A program made the translations under genes and the position numbers. From NCBI RefSeq assembly GCF_001194135.2, contig NC_068984.1, forward strand, positions 67,983,645-68,017,398: a DNA stretch of 33,754 bases, written 5' to 3'. This document shows, piece after piece, positions 1 to 13,330 of this stretch (positions are counted from its first letter, which is position 1; each line of letters starts with the position of its first letter). The notes beneath the pieces are model-generated. The model searched no databases, was not told the DNA's origin, and saw nothing but the letters and a program-made list of their open reading frames with translations. The stretch is from Octopus bimaculoides. Taxonomy: Eukaryota.

Positions 1-42
1 TATGTATATATATGTATATATATGTATATATATATATATATG

Positions 43-75
<33 letters not shown>

Positions 76-77
76 AT
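1..77. repeat. Compound (TA)n/(TATG)n microsatellite
   Basis: Directly visible; it seeds the spurious ORF 22..282. Confidence 0.95.
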
Positions 78-619
78 ACTGCTTCTCTTCGACTCATCTA
101 TTAATCATTTTGCAAAACTTCTCATTATCTTTTCAGCTGCTTGCTTGTCCTTTTGTTTTATATTTCTTCCTTTAAACTTTCCGTTAATTTCTAATTCAAA
201 CACCTACTTTTCCCTAGTTTCTTCTACACATCTTTGTCTTAATTACCCACTTATGTTAATATTTAACTCACATTCTGCCTAAGCTATCAATTTGTAAATA
301 ACCTACAACTAATTTTTTCATGCTCTGTTTTTCAAAATCCAAATTCATTTAGCTTACTTCTTTCTGTATTCCAAAGAGGTTGTTACATTTGTTCGTCTCT
401 GATTAGTGCTCCACTTATAGAACAAAATTATATTCACCATGCATCACATGTAAAAACACTACTATATAGAAGTGAGATTTCTATGTGCATAAAATATCTA
501 CCTGTTAACATATAATTCTTGACTTCAGCTCTTAAGTTCAATCCACTGTGCAACCTTTCTATATTTTCTGTATGTATGTGTTTGTAGATGTGTGACTGTA
601 TGCAAGTGAGATTATGCAT

Positions 620-623
620 GTAT

Positions 624-668
<45 letters not shown>

Positions 669-710
669 TATACACATATATACAAGTGTATGCATGTATA
701 TGTATCTGAC
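620..710. repeat. (TA)n microsatellite with TACA/TATG decay
   Basis: Directly visible. Confidence 0.9.
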
Positions 711-2280
711 TATGAGTAGACTTAATTCTACAGAGTATTTGTTTGGTTGTAATATGTTGTTAGAATCAGGTACTACAAGTTACTTGAGATAGTCTGGAGA
801 GAGTTTTGGTTTTGTTTCTCATCCAATTAATGACATGAAACAAAAGCTATTCACAGACAGTTGCAGCCTTATAATAAAGCCATTAAGGACTTTAGATATG
901 CATTTATATTTACATAACACTTAAGCGTAAGATGAAACAAGTTTACTCCCAAATGATAGACATTTTCAGAATTATTGCAAGTAAAGTTAGATTAGGTTAG
1001 GATTGAATAAATACCTTGATCCTATTGCTAACTATGTGGCTCTAACTTTAATGTACCCTGTAAATAATCTACATTAAATCATAATCAGAGACATTGAAAT
1101 AATGGGCAAGTTATCAAAGTACTGTTAATATCAGCCACTCATGCGCTTACACTTTGAAGTACACATTCACACATCATTTTTTTTTTCACAATGCTCACAC
1201 ACACATGCATCCTCTTTCCCACACACATTAGCTTTTCAGTTTCTGTTATACACATACATTTAAGCTATATATCCCCCCACTTGAATACTTGTATCACTAC
1301 GTGCCGTGTTCAAACACCGAATCAGTGATATATATATACTACAAATGATTGACTGATTATATGATTTTCCTTTAAATATTTGAGCTTCTATCAATATAAA
1401 CAAACCCACGTTACTATGATTCTAAAGTAGTATGCCCAAGCTATGGGAATATTGAAATATTCAATTACCATTTAACAAACTCAAACCCAAATCTTCCTGC
1501 TTGAAATTCCTTGTAAATTCTATTCAGACATTTACTCTCCAGTACTAAAACTCTCTTTGTAAGAAACCATACGAACCTTTCACATTCATATTCCTGCAAG
1601 GACATTAGAATGACTTGTAATATAATTTCGATAATTTCGAAGGAGAATTTTTAATGTTATAAAGAAGCAGTATAGGGAGACACAATGCAAGTATGAGTCA
1701 GAGAGGAATACATTTTATCAGTAAAGGAATGTTTATTGATCGATGATCAGACCAATGGCTTTCTTTTAGATGCATTCTAGAAACCCAGTAATCAAAGGCA
1801 CTCTACTATGCGCTGTATGAAATCAGTATGATATTATTTTTTTCTAGCGGAAGAGCTGGTTATCTTATTATCATATGCTGTAGCTAACTTTGTTATTAAA
1901 TCTCTAGGCTTATCTTTCACTCTTGTATCTTTCAATGATTAGATTTAATTTTTAGGCCATTTTTGTTTATTTTTCCATCCCCTCTTCTTTAATTTATAAA
2001 AGAATTATAAATAGAAGAACCATTGAAAAATGGTGAAATGGTTATCCAAATCAGTCTTTTCTCTTTCCTTTTCTTCTCAATCTTTCTCTCTTCCTCTTAC
2101 ATTCTCTCTTGAATTTGAATTAGCAAACAAATACACATTGCAGCAGCTATTGATCTAGTGGAGATTCTAAACTTTAACGGTTTCTGGCATCTACTGCTCA
2201 GTGGATTTTTATCAGATATATAAATTAGTTTTGTTGATAAAAACTTCAACTTCTTTAAATGATGAAATCACTGACTAGCT

Positions 2281-2550
2281 CCATCTGTCTGTTTTTCTGT
2301 CTGTTTGTCTAACTGTCTCTCTCTTTCACCACTCTCAATTTCTCTCTCCTTCATTCTTTGTGGCTCTTCTTTTTTCTCTATTATATATGTATATGTATGT
2401 GTATGTGTGTATGTGAGAGAGAGAGAGGGAAAGTGAGAGTGAGAAAGTGTGTGTGTGTGTGTGTGTGTCTGTGTGAGTGTATGTGTGTGTGTGCGTGAAT
2501 GTATATGTGCATATATTTTGGGTTGTGCATCCTATATATCCTATATACAT
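2281..2550. repeat. Compound (TC)/(GA)/(GT)/(TA) microsatellite tract
   Basis: Directly visible; explains the THTHTH/SLSLS ORFs 2335..2550 and 2381..2566. Confidence 0.9.
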
Positions 2551-5160
2551 ATATCGTTTTTCTCAAAATGCTTTTCAGCAGTAAATAATTTCATTGTCAC
2601 TGTATTTACTTACTTTTGTACATAACTGGCTTCATGCCATCCAACTTTAGTTTGTACCATTTCGAAAATATATTCAATTGCATTATACATGTGCATAAAC
2701 TTCTTGTTGTTATATTATCTATGTGGGTTTGTTACAGAGAGCTTTGGTGCATGTCTTTTTGAATACAAACGTGTGTGTGATATCTTCAAGAAAATATATC
2801 AAAGTAAAATTTTCTACAAGCAACAAGTATTTTCAGATATAAAATAGACAAAAAATATTTTTGAAATTATTGTTAGCAGTTCTTTTCCCTTTTTTCTGTT
2901 CTTTTTTTTTTTTTTTTTTTTCCATATCATGATATTATAATTAAGTTCTGTTCCATATCAACCTGAGTCACACAAAGCTGAATCACCTAACTAAATAGGA
3001 AGAATAAAATATTTAAGGCATCTCAGTGAACTGAAGAACAAAGAGCTGCAAGCTACATACCTAATAATATTAAAAAGAATCTCTTCAGTTATACACCTTA
3101 TAAACAATATCTAAATATAACAAAAGTTTCATTGAAAAAAAAATTTTTTGTTTGGTTTTTCACCTCCTGCAGTTTCTAAGAAATTATTCCAAACTATATG
3201 ATTTGTAAATAACTTTCATTTACTCATCCATTTCTCTCATCATATTGATTTTGGTGCAACAGTGTTATAGGTGCTCAAACAAGTTCATAGAATGTCTATG
3301 TATATTTCTCACATAGCTAATTCTAAGAAAAGTATGTACATGAACTAAGCACTACAGTCTAACAAACTATAAACTTCTTCTGACTGCCATAAATATTGCA
3401 GAAGTTCATAGCTTGTTAGTGCCTGATTCATGTACTTATTTTATAATTAGCCATGGTTATGTTGAACATGTTTGCATAGGTATAAGGAACTGGGAATTAA
3501 AACCAATATATGAACTAGACTTACTTGGCTGTCACTATTCTCTCAACAGTGCTTGTCACTAAGCCAACATAGAACACACAAAAAGAAAAATGACCAAATC
3601 CTCAATGGATTACTGGGTCCCTGCCAAGAGCTTCATCTTCACCTTGTGCATAGAGAGATAAGGAATCTTGCATAACATGGCTCATCTTATCTTTCTAGAC
3701 AATATTGATGATGCTAAGAAATTTCAGGTACAAGAAATGAAATTTATGGTACACATTCACAAGGAACTTAATACTACTCTGCATTGCTAGCTAATCAGTC
3801 AAAGAACAACATTCCATATAATATATTGAAGTAACTTCCAGTTTCATTAAGGTTAATAGTAAAAATCAGTTACTACATTAGGTTTTTTTCTGCTGTAAGA
3901 TTGATATAAAAAACAACAACAACATAATATTCATTGATTTTTAATACTATTTCATTCAGTAGCTTTATCTTTCTTTAAAAAGATTTTCAATAATACAATT
4001 TTTGCCAATACTTGTCTGTGAACTCATGGCTTTATTTTATTTATTTATTTATTTTTGCTTTTCCTCTGACTGAATTAGATTTTAGATTTTAGCTATATTT
4101 TTTTTTTATCCAAAGGTTTTCAAAACTGCAGTTTGCAGAATAATGCTTACATAAGACATTTTAATCTAGTTTAATTAGTAGCTGCAGAGATATATCAAAA
4201 GAAAGCTAATGAATGATAAACTCATAATAAGATTATTCTAAATTTTAGAAGAGGAATATAAAATTATGAATCAGAAATAATCTAGTAGTTTTCTCTTCTT
4301 ATTCAGGTTATATATATATATTTTTTATTTTACACAAGTATATCACACTCTGCTATGGAATAATAATTAGTAAACTGAGTTGTGGCAGTTACTATTAGCA
4401 AATAAACATCGATCTTATAGATTTCTTTTCATACCAGTGTATTATGTTTATGTTATTTGTTGAATATCTTTTTTTTTTTGTTCATCTTAGCTCATAAAAA
4501 TTCATTAGCATGTTGCTCCATGACTCTTTGCCGATTCTGGAATCTAATTTAAGAAGATCTATTTAATTAGCTAATAGGATGGGTTGTAAAAGACAATACT
4601 TCAGTAAATCTATGTAATACTTCTAGCTGTATCAGAGGATAAGTGACAAGCCAATCTGCAAAAGAGTTATTAACCAATGAAAGGATTTTGCTTTCTGAAA
4701 AACTCATATAGTTTACTCAAGTGATGGTTCATGCTGTTAGTCCTGTGGCCATGAGTAAATCCTTGCAGTTATCAATGAAATTCTAATTTCCTTTAACTAG
4801 CTCTATTGGGGATATCAACTTCGAAGCATTTCATATCTACAGCAAAAATATATATTCCTCAAAGCAGTGTATTGATTTTGTTTGACAAAACAACAAGAGA
4901 ATTATAGGGTAGAAAAAAAAAATCAATCATCAATATAATACACATACTTATTTTATTGATTGCAGGGGTTTTGAAAAAAAAAAAACATTACAGTTGGATT
5001 TGAACTCAGAAGGAAAGTACAAATGTAATGGAATCAGTGGGTAACAACAAACTTTGTATCCTCTTAAATTTTCTTTTTTTAACCCTTTTTAACAATATTT
5101 CTATTGAATTATGTTTAGTATCTTTTTCTATTAATTTTAGAAGACATGAAGAATTTAGTA

Positions 5161-5378
5161 ATTATTGGTTTCAAATTCAGAACAGGCCAGCAATTTTGGG
5201 AGAAGGAGGTAAGTCGATTATGTCAACGCCAGTGTTCAACTGGTACTTATTTTATTGAACCCAAAAGAAGGAAAGCAAAGCCAACCTTGGTAGAATATGA
5301 ACTCAGAATGTAAAGACGGATGAAATGCCACTAATCATTTCACCTGGCATCCTAACTGTTCTGCCAGCTCACCGCCTT
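5161..5378 (-). mobile_element. tRNA-derived SINE, family A (near full length)
   Basis: Reverse complement matches the + copies at 13344-13556 and 18908-19122: head ggcggtgagctggcagaa, B-box-like ctgagttca, core taagtaccagtt, 3' end tttgaaacc followed by an (AAT)-type tail. Confidence 0.8.
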
Positions 5379-5427
5379 AAAACATTTAGTAATTATTAAG
5401 CTAGTTTTAGTTATTATTATACTAGTT

Positions 5428-5560
5428 TCATCATCATCATCTCATCATCATCATTATCACCACCACCACCACTACCACCACTACCACCACCACCACCACC
5501 ACCACCAACATGATGATGATGATGATGATGATGATGACCATCATCATCATCATCATCATT
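5428..5560. repeat. Compound (CAT)n-(CAC)n-(ATG)9-(CAT)7 trinucleotide array
   Basis: Directly visible; abuts the tail of the family C element. Confidence 0.95.
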
Positions 5561-5785
5561 ATTTAATGCTTGTTTTCCATACTGGCATGAGTTGGCTGGT
5601 TTGACCAGAGCTAACTAGCTGGAGAGCTGCCCCAGGGTCCGGTCTAATTTGGTATGGTTTCTACAGCTGGATGCCCTTCCTAATGCCAACCAGTTTATAG
5701 AGTGTGCTGAGTGCTTTTACATGGAACTGCAAGAGCACTTTTATGTGACATCAGCACAAATGCTTTGTACGTGGCATTGGCAGAG
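5539..5785 (-). mobile_element. SINE-like element, family C, with (GAT)n tail
   Basis: Reverse complement resembles 10753-11021 (ggcattaggaagggcatccagctgtagaaac...ccagcatgga...aacgatgatgat). Confidence 0.75.
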
Positions 5786-5910
5786 TACTCTTCACCGGGG
5801 GGAGCAGCCTTAACAGTATTGTGGAGTACAGGTCTTCTTGAGTACAGCAAGGTGTCAAGTATCTCAGTCTTTTGTCTTGATGGACAGTTATAGTTAAGAT
5901 CACGTTAAGA

Positions 5911-6166
5911 CAATAGTTCCCAAAGTGGGTGGTATTGCCCCACCAAGGGGGTGTTGAAGAAAAGTGAGGTGATAATGGGGTAGCGATTCATGTAAAAACA
6001 ACAAAATAATGGGTTGGTTCAGTTAAGTTTTATTTGTTAAATACAGTTGCTTTGAATTTGTTTCAGAAAGAGGTCTGTGTGTATGATGGTTAGTTGGGGT
6101 GGGAGCACTAGGAATGTGGCCTGGGTGTCAAGTGGGTAGCAGCCCCAAAAAGTTTGGGAACAACTG
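5911..6166. mobile_element. hAT-superfamily (Charlie-like) MITE
   Basis: TIRs caatagttcccaaagt / agtttgggaacaactg (13/16 match); 8-bp TSD cgttaaga (5903-5910) / ctttaaga (6167-6174). 8-bp TSDs and CAGTGGTTCCCAAA-type ends are typical of hAT elements. Confidence 0.8.
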
Positions 6167-6299
6167 CTTTAAGACATGAAGTTGTATCATAGGGGTGGTT
6201 TTGAGTGGGTCAGTACCAAAAGGTTTAATGACAACAGGTATACTTGTTATAAAGGTAAAAGTATTTGAGACCTACATTTTTATGTCCCCCCATTAACAA

Positions 6300-7400
6300 G
6301 CTCTAATCCTCCAGAAATTTGATAAAAACAGTGCTGATGTTGAAGACATAAGCAAGTGTCTGTGCACAGAATTCAATCTCTTGGAAAGACTGTTAGCGTA
6401 TGGGATTCATAGATCTTGTTTCTTGGAGAGATCACACCATCACAAGGTATATTGATGGAACTAACTCTGAACCACACTCAGCCAGCTGTGGAGGGTCCCA
6501 GGATTTGGTTTCATTCCCAGTACATATCCCTGTATATATCAATGGCCTACTTGTCACCACTACCCACAATGATCACTTCTGTACAGATGATACCACTTTT
6601 CAATCATCACTAATCTTTAATACTCAAGCTTCATTCACATGCAATTGTGATGCCTCACTGAAAAAGAACTATACTAATGTCATAACTAAAGAAGTCATAA
6701 TCATTTTTCCACTGCATTCATGGTAATGGTTTCCTTCAGCATCACAACACATATCAAGAACAAAAGCACAGTTACAACATATATCAAGAACTCATTATCA
6801 AGAGCCCTATCCCTAAACATGATTAACATATAAATTGACAAGCCCATTAAAAATGCTATGATTCATGATCACTTAAAATCTCTCCTCGCAAACACACACT
6901 ACCAACATAGCTATAGCTATATGAGAAAGTCTGACCTCCATCTTCAGAACCAGAAAATGCATCAGCTTCTAAGAATCTTTAAGCTTCAGATAAAATCAAT
7001 CCACAACTGAGTATTGTACCTACATCTGGCACACACACACACACACATGCACACTCGTCCAAGATTACATCTCTCGAAAGGCAACTTGACTAACTGAGCA
7101 AAGTTGTTCCTCATCAAACTCCACTGCAACTTTTGGCTCACAGACAAACTGTTTCCTTTCTCTCCTTTTCTACCATCACTATTCCCAAAGCTGATTGGTC
7201 TCATGACATACCACCCTCATACAGATAACCCTGCCTCACTCATCTACTCTCCTCTTGTTATCCATCCTGATTCTTCTCCCTCTCCCTTATTTCTGTACTA
7301 ACCACTTCCACTATTCCCCACCATTCTAGATCATCAACCCTTTGAAATCTCCTTCCAGCACATATTTTCCTACAGCCATCAGCTGCTGTTTAAGAGGAGT
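6300..7400 (+). mobile_element. Degenerate LINE ORF2 3' half (Jockey/CR1/L2 group, Crack/Daphne-like RT)
   Basis: Decayed RT motifs: ADVEDISK (cf. xLDISKAFD); SCGGSQDLVSFPVHIPVYINGL (cf. GVPQGSVLSPxLFLIYINDL); HFCTDDTTFQSS (cf. YADDSTLHSS) in ORF 6400..6726; PLQLLAHRQTVSFLS near 7110-7165 (cf. LQPLxHRRxVxSLSLFY). Stops and frameshifts are present. Confidence 0.75.
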
Positions 7401-8460
7401 ATTAACCAAGCTTCTCTCATTTGAGTCGGAGGATCTCATAAGAACCTGAGCACATCAGCTCTATCCCTCCAGAACAAACCATGAAGAAAATAAAAATAAA
7501 AATTAAAATTAAAAAAATATTGTTAACTTCTCAAATTCTTCAAACAGAGCCATAATAATACTTCTCCCTCTTTCGTCTGGTTTTAGTAATATCACAATAA
7601 CATATCATTATAGAATTATGTCTTTTATATAACTCTTTGTCATGAAAATGACATCAGATAAAAATATAATTAAATACAGAGTTAAAACAAATAATTGTTT
7701 CTTTTGTTTCAGCTCGTAATTTCCCATTTAATAATCATTATATGTTACATCAAGAAGACAAATAAGGTATGAAGCCTATAAATCGATACTGCAAAGCTTC
7801 CTGTAGGTTATTCTATTCTAAATATTTGAAACATAGAATTGTTAATTCTTAAAGATAATAGTAGCTCATTCAACGAATATTATTAAGATGCCATTAAGCA
7901 TCGCTATGTCAACACTAAATCAACCCTTTACCAACACTTTTTCAAACGAAACACTAAATAATTAGAAGATTATCTCATTATTTTTAACCACAAAATTATG
8001 TTTAAACCATGAGCATTATTGCAAAACATGATGTCAACTTATCTCTGTTTGAAACAGAAAGCACAGATTAGTTTTGATGTATGCCTCCTCATAAAATCAT
8101 TCAATTTTTTTTTTCTTGTTTTTATTTTCAAATTTCAATTAATTTCACACACAACCAATATTGATTAAATGTACGTGAAAAGCAATCTATTAGAAACTGA
8201 TACTTTCATAGACATGTCCTGATCTATTTTCTTTCAGTATTTCTTCCATGTTACATCAATTTATTTTCAAATCTGTTAATGCATCAACGTGAAAACCCCC
8301 CCAAAATCTAAGAATAATTTCGATTATTTGACATGCGTTTTTCCCTTTCTTTCTTTTTCATACTCTCTCTCTCTGAAGTATGAAGTGAATAGTAATATGT
8401 GTAAGAGTGTATATATATCTATATATTTATTTATTCATTTATATATATATATATATTTAT

Positions 8461-8496
<36 letters not shown>

Positions 8497-9129
8497 ATAT
8501 ANNNNNNNNNNNNNNNNNNNNNNNNNNNNNNNNNNNNNNNNNNNNNNNNNNNNNNNNNNNNNNNNNNNNNNNNNNNNNNNNNNNNNNNNNNNNNNNNNNN
8601 NNNNNNNNNNNNNNNNNNNNNNNNNNNNNNNNNNNNNNNNNNNNNNNNNNNNNNNNNNNNNNTATATATATATATATATGTATGTATATATGTATATATG
8701 TTCATGTATGTACTTATGTGTGAAACATAGTTCATTCTAGGTTTAAAACTATTTTTTTGCTGTTGAATGGAATTTAATTTTGAAAACGCTTCCTTATTAT
8801 TCCTTTTTTCTTATCCCCAGGTCAGCCCTGATCAAGCAAGTGTAGGATCAAAAACTTTCCATCAATAACTATAAACATTTTTTTTTTATATCTATGTCCA
8901 ATGTACCCTTCTATATTTAAGGCAGTAAATCGTGATTTTTAAGGAGATTTTGCTGCTATGTTTAGCAGATCAAGCTACAGAATAAAGGTATCTTCAATGA
9001 CTCAGAAATATTTAGGTTTGTAATAATGTGGAGAACAACACAAGAAGTGATGTACATCAACTGTATATCAGAGAAGAATGCAATCACAGAGTTTGCTGAA
9101 AAATTCTCAGATGCACTGTTGTCTTTGTT

Positions 9130-9325
9130 GTTGCTGTTGGCAATGGCAGCAACAGTAGTGGTGATTGTGGTGGTGGCGCTGGTGATGGTAATGGTGGTGA
9201 TAGTGGTGATGATGGTGGTGATAGTGGTGGTCATAGTTGTGATCGTGATGGTGGTGGTGATGATGATGGTGGTGGTGGTGATGATGGTGATGGTGTTGGT
9301 GATCGCAGTGATGGGATGGTGATGG
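9130..9325. repeat. Degenerate (GGT/GAT/GTT)n trinucleotide array next to an assembly gap
   Basis: Directly visible; produces the poly-V/M, poly-H and poly-T ORFs. Confidence 0.9.
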
Positions 9326-10008
9326 CAACGAAANNNNNNNNNNNNNNNNNNNNNNNNNNNNNNNNNNNNNNNNNNNNNNNNNNNNNNNNNNNNNNNNNNN
9401 NNNNNNNNNNNNNNNNNNNNNNNNNNNNNNNNNNNNNNNNNNNNNNNNNNNNNNNNNNNNNNNNNNNNNNNNNNNNNNNNNNNNNNNNNNNNNNNNNNNN
9501 NNNNNNNNNNNNNNNNNNNNNNNNNNNNNNNNNNNNNNNNNNNNNNNNNNNNNNNNNNNNNNNNNNNNNNNNNNNNNNNNNNNNNNNNNNNNNNNNNNNN
9601 NNNNNNNNNNNNNNNNNNNNNNNNNNNNNNNNNNNNNNNNNNNNNNNNNNNNNNNNNNNNNNNNNNNNNNNNNNNNNNNNNNNNNNNNNNNNNNNNNNNN
9701 NNNNNNNNNNNNNNNNNNNNNNNNNNNNNNNNNNNNNNNNNNNNNNNNNNNNNNNNNNNNNNNNNNNNNNNNNNNNNNNNNNNNNNNNNNNNNNNNNNNN
9801 NNNNNNNNNNNNNNNNNNNNNNNNNNNNNNNNNNNNNNNNNNNNNNNNNNNNNNNNNNNNNNNNNNNNNNNNNNNNNNNNNNNNNNNNNNNNNNNNNNNN
9901 NNNNNNNNNNNNNNNNNNNNNNNNNNNNNNNNNNNNNNNNNNNNNNNNNNNNNNNNNNNNNNNNNNNNNNNNNNNNNTATGTATATATGTATGTATGTAT
10001 ATATGTAT

Positions 10009-10042
<34 letters not shown>

Positions 10043-10200
10043 GCATATGTATAAATATACACACACACACGCATATGTATATATATATACAATATCAATA
10101 TCTATCTATCTATTTATTATATGTGTGTGTATGCATGTAAATACATATATATGTGTGTGTGTGTATATATATGTAAGAATGTATATATATGCATTATGTA

Positions 10201-10236
<36 letters not shown>

Positions 10237-10609
10237 TGCTTGTTTCAGTCAATCACATTTCTCAAAAATAATTCTATTACCTCATACAATATTAGAAATA
10301 TTTTTCTTGTTTTAGATTTTATCTGAAAGAAAGCAGTCAAAACATTAGTGTCTTAGTTATATCATACAAATTCATTTAACTGGTACAGATTCCTTTTTAG
10401 AATTCACAAAACTATCCCTAAAAATATGTACCATTACTAAACTGTCTTTTTAAATGTCTTTTTATGATGTTTTACATGTAGTAAAATAGGGTTGGAAATG
10501 TTTTTTTCAATGGACAATTACCAATCAAATTATAGTTTCTTTCTTTTAAAAGCTACATGCTAATCACTTTATTTATTGTTTAGAGGAGAGTTATAATTAA
10601 CCTCAGTAT

Positions 10610-11093
10610 ACTGGTTTCAAATTTTGATACAGGGCCAACAATTTTAGGGGATAGGTAAGTTGGTTACGTTGACTCTATTTTTCAACTGGTACTTATTTTA
10701 TCAACCCTGAAGGGATAAAAAGCAAAGAAGATCTTGGTGGAATTTGAACTCTGCTTCCTGTGCCAGTGACATGTAAAAAAACACCATCCGAACGTGATCA
10801 ATGCCAGTGCTGCCTGACGGGCTCCCATGCTGGTGGCATGTAAAAAGCACCCACTACACTCTCAGAGTGGTTGGCATTAGGAAAGGCATCCAGTTGTAGA
10901 AATCTTGCCAGATCAGATTGGTGCCTGGTGCAGCCTACCGGCTTGCCAGTCCTCAGTCAAACCATCCAACCAATTCCAGCATGGACAGTGGACGTTCAAC
11001 GATGATGATGATGATGATGATGAATGTAAAGATACAGAAAATGACACTAAGTATTTTGCCTGGCATGTTGATAGTTCTGCCCACTTACTGCCT
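10610..11093 (-). mobile_element. Family A SINE interrupted by a family C insertion
   Basis: 10610-10752 ends at gaatttgaactc; the family A sequence resumes at 11022 (gaatgtaaag...gttctgcccacttactgcct), collinear with the uninterrupted copy at 5161-5378. Confidence 0.7.
10753..11021 (+). mobile_element. Family C SINE-like element with (GAT)n tail
   Basis: Shares a core with 5539-5785 (-) and 33480-33616; ends in acgatgatgatg. Confidence 0.8.
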
Positions 11094-11514
11094 CAATCAA
11101 CCGCAGTATATTACTGGGATATAAATTTGAGGAATGAAAATTGAATCTAATTCCGGTAAGATTTGAACACAGAACCAACGGGGACAAAATTAATGTAGCA
11201 TATTTAATCCAGAATCTCAGCCTAAATACTTCTACTAACATCTTCACCCAGTTTAATATTGTTCTTTGTCCTTTCATTGTTTTCTCCTTAGCCTTCTCTC
11301 TGTTGTTGTACGTTAGTCAGCATGCTTTGATATTAACAACTTTTACCCATTGATGTCTCTTGTATGTTCTATCATTGTTTTGCTAGTTTCACCTCCATAT
11401 AGCTTTGAAGAATTCTCATGAATTTTTCTTCAACACTGCTTCCTTCCTAGCAAATTATATCTCTTTTCTCCTTTCACACATTACTACAAAATATATTTGT
11501 GTTATCTTAGACTA

Positions 11515-11545
<31 letters not shown>

Positions 11546-12094
11546 AACCGTTCTCATAATATTCTTCTCACTTCTCCCTGATACTGACTTGGTACATACA
11601 CCTTATCATTCTATAGCGGTATTAGTTCAGCTTTTGAATCTCATATAGTAGTAGGCAGCTTTAGTATTAATTTTCTCTTTATGCATTTAGAGCCTAGCTA
11701 ACTTTGCCTTATTCTGATCCTAATTCCCAATTCTCATGGCACATAACAAACTGTCCTTAAGAAAAAGGAAAAGCCAGACTTACAATAAGCTTATTTTATC
11801 ACCCACCAACACTTTCAGATATTGTTGTTCTTTTTTATTTTTCTTTGCAATATTCTTTGATTCGCTGATATCAGAAGGAAATCCCTTACCATAAATTGTT
11901 AAAAGACAAACTACTTTCATGGGATTAATATTCTAGCATTATTGCATGTTTTCTAAGACCAAAAAGATCATAGAGGAGTCTAAAAAGCAATAATTATATT
12001 TATGTTTTCATCACAGTTAGATCCTAACATTTTCCACACAAACACAAGAAAGGAGTTAAATCATTTTTGTTTTTCACGAATTAGAGCAACAGGA

Positions 12095-12505
12095 AAAAAT
12101 ATTTTGTGGTATTTGGTTCCAGCAGTTTACATTCTGAGTTCAAATCCCACCAAGGATCATTTTGTTTTTCCTCCTTTTGAAGTCAATAAAGCAAAGTACC
12201 AGCTTAAGTACTGATTCCTCCTGCAAAACTACTGGCCTAGAACCTAAATTAGAAGCAACCATCATCATCATCATCATCATCATCCTCGTCACCAACAATG
12301 TGGCAGGCTGGCAGAATCCCTGGTGGATTGGACAGAATGCTTAGTGCCATTTTGGTTTTATATTCTGAGTTCAAATTCCACTGAGGTCGGCTTTGTCTTT
12401 CATCCTTCCAGGGTCAATAAAGTAATCTCTGAGTACTGGAATTGGTGTAATTGACTTCCTTTCCCTCAAAAGCTCTTTTCGCCCTGTGCCTAAATTTGAA
12501 ACCAT
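12095..12505 (+). mobile_element. Two tandem family A SINE copies separated by (ATC)n
   Basis: ctgagttcaaat...aggtc...tttgt, aagtac core and gaa(g)c(a)acc ends occur twice (about 12095-12255 and 12297-12505). Confidence 0.7.
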
Positions 12506-12609
12506 TATTGTCTATTGTATATAATAATAATAATAATTATTATTATTATTGTTGTTGTTGTTGTTGGTGGTGTTGTTGTTGTTGTTGTTATCATCCTCAT
12601 CATCATCAT

Positions 12610-12875
12610 TAGGATGCATTGCTGAGTGGTTTGGGTGTAGCACTCACAAACGTGAGATCATGGTTTCAGTTCCTAGACCAAGTGGTGTATTGGGTTCTTG
12701 AAGGAATGCTTCATCTCATATTGCTTTGGGATCACTTCAAAATCTGACATGTAGTACACCATGCACCGGTTCAAACAATGTTGATTTGATGGAGAGTGTG
12801 AGCTAACATGTGGCATGAAGGTTTAATCCCTATAAACAAATCGCTTGTGCAGGTCAATCAGCAAAAGCTGAAAGC
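12610..12875 (+). mobile_element. Degenerate tRNA-headed SINE-like element, family D
   Basis: A-box-like gctgagtggtt and B-box-like ggtttcagttcc at the start, bounded by (ATC)n arrays; only one copy in the window. Confidence 0.45.
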
Positions 12876-12934
12876 TCATACATCATCTTCAAAAAGAGAG
12901 TCCATTATTATTATTATTATTTTTTTTCCAATGT

Positions 12935-13278
12935 GGTTGACTTTGCATTTCATCATTTGGTGGTCAATAAAAGAAGTTCCTGTTGAATACAGGGGTTTAT
13001 GTAATCGACTTAACCCTTCTCCACAAATTGCTGGCTTTGTGCCAAAATTTGAAACCTTTATTGTTATTATTATTATTCCACTGAGGCCAACTTTGCCTGT
13101 CATCATTCAGAATCAAAAAAATAAGTACCAGTTGAGCACTGAGGTCAATGTAATTGACTTATCCACTCCTACAAAATTACTGGCCTTGTGCCAAAATTTG
13201 AAACCATTATCATTATTATTATTATAAAGGAATCATCATCATCATCATCATCATTATTATTATTAATACTATTGTTTA

Positions 13279-13330
<52 letters not shown>

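Noticed and set aside
358-413. Minus-strand candidate exon WSTNQRRTNVTTSLEYRK
   Set aside because: Not phase-compatible with the candidate at 3061-3096, and no other support.
2614-2783. Minus-strand segment MYNAIEYIFEMVQTKVGWHEASYVQ with a gtaagt donor
   Set aside because: An in-frame TAA lies between it and the only good acceptor.
6400-6726. 108-aa ORF as a host gene or active RT
   Set aside because: Catalytic YADD is decayed to CTDD, the QG motif is lost, and flanking frames are broken.
8289-10315. Long ORFs (up to 378 aa) in the ORF track
   Set aside because: They are N-gap and microsatellite read-through (YIYI, THTH, poly-H/T/V); the same applies to ORFs at 14638-15148, 22369-22758, 23269-23971, 25682-26086 and 27083-27496.
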